NCBI GenBank assembly: GCA_950097015.1
Contig: CATNEN010000038.1
Span: forward strand, 32,860,001 to 32,924,000
From: Macrostomum hystrix
Taxonomy: Eukaryota; Animalia; Platyhelminthes
Length of the DNA: 64,000 nt
Reading direction: 5' to 3'
Shown here: positions 63,001 to 64,000 of the stretch, piece after piece
Numbering within the stretch: the stretch's first letter is position 1
Layout of the letters: each line of letters begins with the position of its first letter
Program-made: the position numbers and the translations under genes
Notes under the pieces: model-generated
The model's database searches: none
What the model saw: the letters and a program-made list of their open reading frames with translations, nothing else
Told to the model about the DNA's origin: nothing

Positions 63001-64000
63001 TTCAGTAACTAGCGATTTTCAGTAACTAGCGATTTTTAGTAACTAGCGATTTTCAGTAACTAGCGATTTTCAGTAACTAGCGATTTTCAGTAACTAGCGA
63101 TTTTCAGTAACTGGCGATTTTCAGTAACTAGCGATTTTCAGTAACTAGCGATTTATAGCAACTAGCGATTTTCAGTAACTAGCGATTTTCAGTAACTAGC
63201 GATTTTCTAAACTAGCGATTTTCTAAACTAGCGATTTTCAGTAACTAGCGATTTTCAGTAACTAGCGATTTTCAGTAACTAGCGATTTTCAGTAACTAGC
63301 GATTTTCAGTAACTAGCGATTTTCAGTAACTAGCGATTTTCAGTAACTAGCGATTTTCAGTAACTAGCGATTTATAGCAACTAGCGATTTTCAGTAACTA
63401 GCGATTTTCAGTAACTAGCGATTTTCTAAACTAGCGATTTTCTAAACTAGCGACATTCAGTAACTAGCGATTTTCAGTAACTAGCGATTTTCAGTAACTA
63501 GCGATTTTCAGTAACTAGCGATTTTCAGTAACTAGCGATTTTCAGTAACTAGCGATTTTCAGTAACTAGCGATTTTCAGTAACTAGCGATTTTCAGTAAC
63601 TAGCGATTTTCTAAACTAGAGATTTTCATAACTAGCGATTTTCTAAACTAGCGATTTTCTCAACTAGCGACATTCAGTAACTAGCGATTTTCAGTAACTA
63701 GCGAGTTTTAGTAACCAGCGATTTTCTAAACTAGCGATTTTTAGTAACTAGCGATTTTCTAAACTAGCGATTTTCTAAACTAGCGACATTCAGTAACTAG
63801 CGATTTTCAGTAACTAGCGATTTTCAGTAACTAGCGATTTTCAGTAACTAGCGATTTTCAGTAACTAGCGACATTCAGTAAATAGCGATTTTCAGTAACT
63901 AGCGATTTTCAGTAACTAGCGATTTTCAGTAACTAGCGATTTTCAGTAACTAGCGATTTTCTAAACTAGCGACATTCAGTAAATAGCGATTTTCAGAAAC
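48078..64000. repeat. >15.9 kb 16/17-bp satellite (TAACTAGCGATTTTCAG / TAAACTAGCGATTTTC) in GUK intron 3
   Basis: Roughly 950 units (length divided by unit size) with higher-order duplications; runs off the window. Confidence 0.99.

Overview
Eukaryotic (metazoan) genomic DNA with GT-AG introns. The GC-rich exons, very high minisatellite load and tRNA-derived SINEs resemble the flatworm Macrostomum; this is an inference, not a database match. I assembled six protein-coding genes by hand and checked splice phases: (1) the 5' half of an Elk/KCNH8-type PAS-domain K+ channel (minus strand, exons 1-6, runs off the left edge); (2) a TMTC-type O-mannosyltransferase nested antisense in Elk intron 5; (3) GILT/IFI30 thiol reductase; (4) a 110-aa signal-anchored single-EGF-domain protein that appears only after splicing; (5) a LIV-1/ZIP (SLC39A8/14-like) transporter with substituted metal-ligand histidines; (6) the first three coding exons of guanylate kinase, whose next intron holds a >15.9 kb satellite. 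A young full-length BEL/Pao LTR retrotransposon (TSD, PBS, PPT, two coding lesions) sits inside a SINE inside ZIP intron 2. The main unexplained pattern is that most long introns look like short introns inflated by their own minisatellite starting close to the 5' splice site. Two sense-strand arrays are built from overlapping acceptor/donor-like words (TTCAGTAA), and different arrays share sequence modules. Most long ORFs in the supplied track are repeat artefacts.
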